Both the position numbers and the translations under genes were made by a program. From positions 1-34,157 of the IMG/VR virus record IMGVR_UViG_3300017770_000065: a DNA stretch of 34,157 bases; one strand, written 5' to 3'. This DNA is from a virus. Lineage: Duplodnaviria; Caudoviricetes. Position 1 is the stretch's first letter; every line of letters starts with the position of its first letter. Positions 29,545 to 34,157 of the stretch are shown here, in pieces. The notes beneath the pieces were generated by a model. The model did not search any database, was not told where the DNA came from, and worked only from the letters and a program-made list of their open reading frames with translations.

Positions 29545-30342
29545 ATGTTTAAAAGCTTAGAAATAAAACCAATTCATTTTATATCGGTTATTTTAGTACT
29601 TATTCTTTTGTTAATGCATCAATGTAACAGAACTGCTAAAATAAAAGCTATAAACGGTGGTTTAGAGAAAAAAGTAGAGAGAGTCGAAGCAAACATTGTC
29701 GCAAGCCAAGATAGTATTAAATATTATAAAAATAAAAATGATTATTTAGTTAGTGAAATAAGTGGATATGAATTTACAGAAGAAGAACTAAAAAATAATG
29801 CAAATGATTTATATGCAAAATACGAAGATGCTTTAGGGGATATTAAAAAACTTAAAAAAGTAAATCAACTGTTAAGTGCTGAAATTAGTATTAAAGAAAC
29901 TGATACCGTTTATGCATTTATTGAAAGCGATTCAGTTTTATATTTTAATGATTCTACTGACTATGGAGATGGGAATTGGAGAAAATGGAATAGTAAAATT
30001 AGTTTATTTGAAAAAGATAATAAATTAACCGGAGCATTAAACAGTTTTAGTTATGAACAAGGGATTAAATTATACTCAAGTGTCGAAGAAGTTGAAGGAA
30101 TTAAAAAAATTAGTATTGCTACAAAATATCCAGGTTTAACATTTAGTAATATTGAAGGAATTAGCCTCATTGAAGATGAGATAAATAAAGCAAAAGAAGA
30201 AAATAAAAGTAGGGTTAGATTAGGCTTAGGTGTAGGTTATGGTTTAACATTTACTACTGGCAATTTAGTATATCATGGACCACAAGTTGGAGTGTTTTTA
30301 ACATATACACCGAAATTGTTTAATTTTAAAAGAGATAAATAA
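29545..30342 (+). CDS. membrane-anchored coiled-coil protein, possible spanin-like lysis protein
   Basis: N-terminal hydrophobic helix ending LLLMHQC (lipobox-like Cys), coiled coil, and C-terminal beta-hairpin GLGVGYG...GPQVGVFLTY followed by a basic tail. Confidence 0.55.
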   Translation: MFKSLEIKPIHFISVILVLILLLMHQCNRTAKIKAINGGLEKKVERVEANIVASQDSIKYYKNKNDYLVSEISGYEFTEEELKNNANDLYAKYEDALGDIKKLKKVNQLLSAEISIKETDTVYAFIESDSVLYFNDSTDYGDGNWRKWNSKISLFEKDNKLTGALNSFSYEQGIKLYSSVEEVEGIKKISIATKYPGLTFSNIEGISLIEDEINKAKEENKSRVRLGLGVGYGLTFTTGNLVYHGPQVGVFLTYTPKLFNFKRDK

Positions 30343-30345
30343 ATT

Positions 30346-32337
30346 ATGGCAGAAAGTTCAAGATATTATAAAATTGATAATGATATACTCTTAGAGGTTA
30401 TCTATCACGATCAATCTGATCCTTCTTCTTATGAAATAGAAGTAGATGATAATGGTAGTGAGATAAAAATATTAGATACCGTCCAAGGAGATTCAACTCA
30501 AACAAGACATCTTATACATGAACTTGGTAGTTTAGTAGTAAATTTTGATGTAACCGAAGATGGTGCGTACGTTGCTGTTGAAGGATTTGCCGCAAGAACT
30601 TTATTATTAGAAGCTGGTAAAACTTATAAATTTAACTTAAGTGCACTTTCTACTCCATCTGATTTTTCAATTACAGGTACTAACAATGGTGCTGGTTTAG
30701 TTGGAACAACGTTTGTTTATATTCCTGCAAATACAGGTAGTTATGAATATAAATTAACTAATTATAAAGGTGGTAAAATTACAGTTGGCAATGTAGCAAA
30801 TCCATTATTTGCTACACCCGATGAAGAAACTGGAAACAGTATAGTAACGGGTTCTGGCAGTATTGAAAGATACCATGCAGTAAAGGTTCATGAAAACAAA
30901 TACGCTCTTTTAGATAGTACAGACATATTTATAGATAGTGTTGAGTGGAATGGTTCAGATTCAGCAGATTTATTAACTAGTCAAACTAATGCGACTAATG
31001 TTGTTAATACAATTAAATACGACAAAGTAAGACTTCATTTAAGAAGCGGCTTTAGTTTTGCAGCAAGAGGTTATGAAGGTTTTTTATTCGAAGTAAAAAC
31101 TAATAGAACTTCAGGAGTTCAAAACTTCTTAACACAAGCCGTTTATTTAAACACATCAAGTTTTGAAATTAAAAACCCTAGACCTTTTATTTTAAGTGAA
31201 ACTTTATATAGTAATTTTATAGAAATTAAATTACCTACATTAAAAAGTCAATACAGTGATTTTGAAGATTTATTTTATGACAATGGAGCGGGTGCTAGTG
31301 ATTTAGATACTACTTCAAATTATGATATTTCTTTAAAGTTAATTGACAGCATAGAAGATACAGCAGGGATTGATTATATTTACACAGGAGAAGAAACTAA
31401 TTTTATAGTTGCTAAAGAAGATGAATTCCAAGATTTTACAGTTGTTGTAGAAGAGGCAGCTGACGGGGACTATTTTGAAATATATGGTGAAAAAGACAAT
31501 AGCGCTGCTGATTTTGAGGCTTATATTATTAATAGAATAGCAACAAGCTCTGATGATATTTCAGTTATATTTGATATTATAGTAAATGAACAAATAGGTA
31601 CAAGTTTTATAGAGACTTATGCGACTTCAATTACACAGACTCAAGATTTTGAAGAGCCAATTCAATTTAGACCAATTATAAAAAATGCAAATAATGCTGC
31701 AAGTTTTATGATTGATGTGACAATGAGAATTTACAATCAAACGGATAATACTCAAATTGTAAAAAGAGGAAGTTTAATTGGTAACAACGCTCCTAAATAT
31801 GGTAAGAGGTTAATGAGAGTAAATATAGCATCGAGTGCTAATTTAACTAGAGTTTATAATACTCTTCCGAATTTACAAGCTACAAGAAATGTTGCGCAGG
31901 TAGTTAATTCTAGTTTACCTAAAGCTCAGGTAAAATATGCACCTGCGTTTGTTGAAAGATTAAACGTTGTTGTAAATGTTGGTAATGTAACTATTGACGA
32001 TGGCCAAATTACATCTATTAATAATAGTAATGGTTTAGAAATATCTCCATTTGATACATATATTAAATTTAACGTTTCAAAAATAGAAGGAGGGGATAGA
32101 AAAACTATTTCATTTACTAACTTAAAAAACGTTAGACTTAATTTTGCTGATGGAATTTACTTTAACAATATTACAAGTTTTAAAGATGTTGATTTATCTA
32201 AAGGTGAAGTATTATTTAAAATAGACAAAGCTAATGCCGCTAAATTACAAGGTTTAAATAATAAAAAGTACTATATTTCAATAGATAACGGTAGCACTGA
32301 AACTATGGTATTTAAAGGTGAATACTCGGCAATATGA
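30346..32337 (+). CDS. structural protein of unknown function
   Basis: 663 aa; acidic and beta-rich; LLLEAGKTYKFNLS motif; ends in TGA within an ATGA overlap with the next gene. Confidence 0.65.
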   Translation: MAESSRYYKIDNDILLEVIYHDQSDPSSYEIEVDDNGSEIKILDTVQGDSTQTRHLIHELGSLVVNFDVTEDGAYVAVEGFAARTLLLEAGKTYKFNLSALSTPSDFSITGTNNGAGLVGTTFVYIPANTGSYEYKLTNYKGGKITVGNVANPLFATPDEETGNSIVTGSGSIERYHAVKVHENKYALLDSTDIFIDSVEWNGSDSADLLTSQTNATNVVNTIKYDKVRLHLRSGFSFAARGYEGFLFEVKTNRTSGVQNFLTQAVYLNTSSFEIKNPRPFILSETLYSNFIEIKLPTLKSQYSDFEDLFYDNGAGASDLDTTSNYDISLKLIDSIEDTAGIDYIYTGEETNFIVAKEDEFQDFTVVVEEAADGDYFEIYGEKDNSAADFEAYIINRIATSSDDISVIFDIIVNEQIGTSFIETYATSITQTQDFEEPIQFRPIIKNANNAASFMIDVTMRIYNQTDNTQIVKRGSLIGNNAPKYGKRLMRVNIASSANLTRVYNTLPNLQATRNVAQVVNSSLPKAQVKYAPAFVERLNVVVNVGNVTIDDGQITSINNSNGLEISPFDTYIKFNVSKIEGGDRKTISFTNLKNVRLNFADGIYFNNITSFKDVDLSKGEVLFKIDKANAAKLQGLNNKKYYISIDNGSTETMVFKGEYSAI

Positions 32338-32885
32338 TTTTAGATAGCAGAAATAATTCATTTGATTTTAGGTTTCCTAGAAAATTTATACCTCAAGATA
32401 TTATAGATAAGTATAAGCCTTATTTAAATAAAATTCCAGGTAATTTATTCGAAGACCCTATTGATTTTATTAATTACGGAATTCAATCTATTAATTTACC
32501 AGGAATTACATTTGATCCTGTGAGTCAAGCAGATAACGATGGAACTGTTCGTTATTTTAGAGGAAAAGTACCTATTCAAAATACAATTGAAAGACAATTT
32601 ACCGTAACTATGCAATTAATGGATGGCTATATTAACTACTGGATGATGACAGATATTTTGTTATATTATTATGCGCCTACTACTAAACAGAAACATATTA
32701 CTGATTTAAAATTAGGTATATTAGATGCTGAAGATTTAGTACTTGCTAACATTACATTTGAAAAGCCAATCTTAAATCAAATAAGTGAACTAAATTTAAA
32801 CATGGCAGAAAACGTTGCTGAATTTAATACATTTGATTTAAATTTTTATTATAACAAATTTCATATTAAAATTGACGTAGATTAA
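32334..32885 (+). CDS. tail completion / tube terminator protein (T4 gp3-like)
   Basis: IQSINLPGITF...FTVTMQLMDGYINY...LGILD...ITFEKPILNQISEL...TFDLNFYY parallels the gp3/tube-fold pattern; 183 aa. Confidence 0.65.
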   Translation: MILDSRNNSFDFRFPRKFIPQDIIDKYKPYLNKIPGNLFEDPIDFINYGIQSINLPGITFDPVSQADNDGTVRYFRGKVPIQNTIERQFTVTMQLMDGYINYWMMTDILLYYYAPTTKQKHITDLKLGILDAEDLVLANITFEKPILNQISELNLNMAENVAEFNTFDLNFYYNKFHIKIDVD

Positions 32886-32887
32886 AA

Positions 32888-32896
32888 GATATATAA
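32888..32896 (+). promoter_or_regulatory. GATATATAA late-promoter-like motif
   Basis: Intergenic; ends 3 nt before the ATG at 32900. Confidence 0.6.
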
Positions 32897-32899
32897 CTT

Positions 32900-33268
32900 A
32901 TGAAAACATTTATAGAATATTTAGAAGAAAACAGAGTTACTGAAAAAGAGATGCAGCTTTTAACAGAAGGACTTCAACAAGAATGGACTCCTGAATTAGA
33001 AGAAAAAGTAGATCAAGCAGTAGATTCTTTTTTAAATGAATATAGAAATGAGGATGGAAATCTAGATATTAATAGATTTAATAACGAAATGACAAATGAA
33101 GGTTTATTTGGTTCTATTATTGGAGGTCTTACTGGTTTTGCTTTAGGAAAGTCTATGGGTAAAATGATAGCTAAGGTATTAGGTGTTCAAAAGGGTATTC
33201 TATATGATTTATTAACTTCAAGACTTGTTGGAACTGCAATCGGCGCTTCAATGGGTAAAGGTTTTTAA
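32900..33268 (+). CDS. putative internal head protein with glycine-zipper C-terminus
   Basis: N-terminus MKTFIEYLEE resembles the T4 capsid-targeting sequence MKTYQEFIAE; C-terminal GSIIGGLTGFALG...LVGTAIGASMG. Confidence 0.55.
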   Translation: MKTFIEYLEENRVTEKEMQLLTEGLQQEWTPELEEKVDQAVDSFLNEYRNEDGNLDINRFNNEMTNEGLFGSIIGGLTGFALGKSMGKMIAKVLGVQKGILYDLLTSRLVGTAIGASMGKGF

Positions 33269-33269
33269 T

Positions 33270-33926
33270 ATGAATTTTATCACAATTGATTTTTCTTTAA
33301 ATTCTCCAGGTATTTGTGTTTTTAATAGCAATACAAAACAATATTATTTTATTTCTTATTTAAAAAAGACAGGTACAAAGAAGGCTATTAAAATGCAAGA
33401 AGACTTAGCCTTAATAGAAGGTGTTACTCTTGTCTTTCAACCAGATTGGGAAACGCATGTTGATTATTCTAGTGTTGAGCTTGCAAAAATTAAGCGATAT
33501 GATATTATGTCAAATGATATTATCGAACTAATTACAAAACATATAGATAAAGAAGACTCTTTTAAGATAGCATTTGAAGGGGTATCTTATGGTAGTTCTG
33601 CTGGTACTAATAATATTATTGATATGGCAGCAGCTGCATCTATTCTTAAAATTAAACTTCTCAAATACTTTAAACCCGAAGACATTTTAACAATTGCTCC
33701 TTCAACAATTAAAAAACATGCGGGTAAAGGTAATATGAATAAGCTTGCTTTATGGGAAGTTTTTATAAATAATTCTACAGGTGAAAAATTTCTCGAGGAG
33801 ACAAATTTCTGGAAGTTCGCTAAAACCGTTGAATTCGGTAAATCTATCCCAAAACCCTTTGATGATCTTGTAGACGCTTTCTACTTAAACTCCTTAATGA
33901 GAACCTTAGAACCTAATCTTCCCTAA
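33270..33926 (+). CDS. RuvC-like Holliday junction resolvase (218 aa)
   Basis: RNase H-fold acidic motifs IDFSLNSPG, AFEG, PSTIKKHAGKGNMNK and DDLVDAF; the ATG at 33270 is 1 nt after the previous stop, so it is preferred over the track's TTG at 33225. Confidence 0.8.
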   Translation: MNFITIDFSLNSPGICVFNSNTKQYYFISYLKKTGTKKAIKMQEDLALIEGVTLVFQPDWETHVDYSSVELAKIKRYDIMSNDIIELITKHIDKEDSFKIAFEGVSYGSSAGTNNIIDMAAAASILKIKLLKYFKPEDILTIAPSTIKKHAGKGNMNKLALWEVFINNSTGEKFLEETNFWKFAKTVEFGKSIPKPFDDLVDAFYLNSLMRTLEPNLP

Positions 33927-33942
33927 GGCTTAAATACTTAAG

Positions 33943-33971
33943 TTATATAGCCCGTTCTCTCTTTTGTTTCA
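33943..33971 (-). promoter_or_regulatory. minus-strand bipartite motif TGAAAC-N16-TATATAA
   Basis: Reverse complement of TTATATA (33943-33949) and GTTTCA (33966-33971); mirrors the plus-strand copy at 34017. Confidence 0.45.
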
Positions 33972-34016
33972 GAAAATATAAAAAAAAATTAAAAAAAGTT
34001 TTTTAGTCTATTTGGT

Positions 34017-34044
34017 TGAAACTATTCTAAATAGAGATATATAA
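34017..34044 (+). promoter_or_regulatory. plus-strand bipartite motif TGAAAC-N15-TATATAA (includes GATATATAA 34036-34044)
   Basis: Intergenic, preceded by A/T tracts, 8 nt before the ATG at 34053. Confidence 0.55.
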
Positions 34045-34052
34045 TATTGTAT

Positions 34053-34157
34053 ATGGAAAACGATAAACTAAGTTCATATTTGAACACTAATTATCGGACC
34101 CTGTCTGAAGCAAACATAGGTGCAATAGCACAAACTAAGTCGGTTAGACGCGCAAAC
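34053..34157 (+). CDS. possible ORF running off the window end, or a long 5' leader
   Basis: ATG at 34053 is open for 35 codons (MENDKLSSYLNTNYRTLSEANIGAIAQTKSVRRAN) to the window edge. Confidence 0.3.
   Translation, partial: MENDKLSSYLNTNYRTLSEANIGAIAQTKSVRRAN

Noticed and set aside
489-32885. Bacterial contractile injection system (eCIS/T6SS/tailocin) rather than phage
   Set aside because: A head-tail neck protein, a capsid-targeting-like protein, a resolvase and T4-late-like motifs point to a true phage.
33225-33269. TTG start of the RuvC-like gene given in the track
   Set aside because: It overlaps the upstream gene; the ATG at 33270 places the catalytic Asp near the N-terminus as in RuvC.
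33900-33950. Intrinsic terminator after the RuvC-like gene
   Set aside because: Only weak 6-bp stems (CCTTAG/CTAAGG; GCTTAA/TTAAGT) without an adjacent U-tract.
1-34157. Genome-wide stop-codon reassignment (code 4, 25 or 15)
   Set aside because: Very long ORFs are intact under code 11, Trp is encoded by TGG, only one internal TGA was found, and TAG at 4698-4700 acts as a real stop 1 nt before the next ATG.
1-34157. CRISPR arrays, tRNAs, rRNA, introns, inteins, transposases, diversity-generating retroelement repeats
   Set aside because: None recognised by eye; intergenic gaps are too short for such elements and no regular repeat-spacer pattern was seen.

Overview
An AT-rich, almost fully coding, single-orientation (+ strand) segment of a large T4-like contractile-tailed phage. 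The host is probably Bacteroidota, judging from a Bacteroidota-type S1 protein, A-rich starts without Shine-Dalgarno sites and a BACON-like fibre end. Most of the window is the late baseplate/tail module: tube-fold cap/initiator proteins, gp53/LysM-like, gp27-like hub, gp5/gpV-like spike, gp13-like neck, gp25, gp6, gp7/gpI-like, several very large structural proteins, a collagen-repeat fibre, a spanin-like membrane protein and a gp3-like tail terminator. A probable internal head protein and a RuvC-like resolvase follow. Embedded in the structural block are a four-domain ribosomal protein S1 homolog and a COOH-NH2 amidoligase. The most notable observation is a single in-frame TGA (10670-10672) in the neck gene. 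It is followed by 69 more sense codons encoding a gp13-like C-terminus, which suggests recoding or readthrough, or else a point error. A recurring GATA(T/A)ATAA late-promoter-like motif precedes many genes, four times exactly 3 nt before the ATG. A back-to-back TGAAAC-N15/16-TATATAA pair sits at the right end. All family assignments come from motif recognition and gene order, not from database searches.
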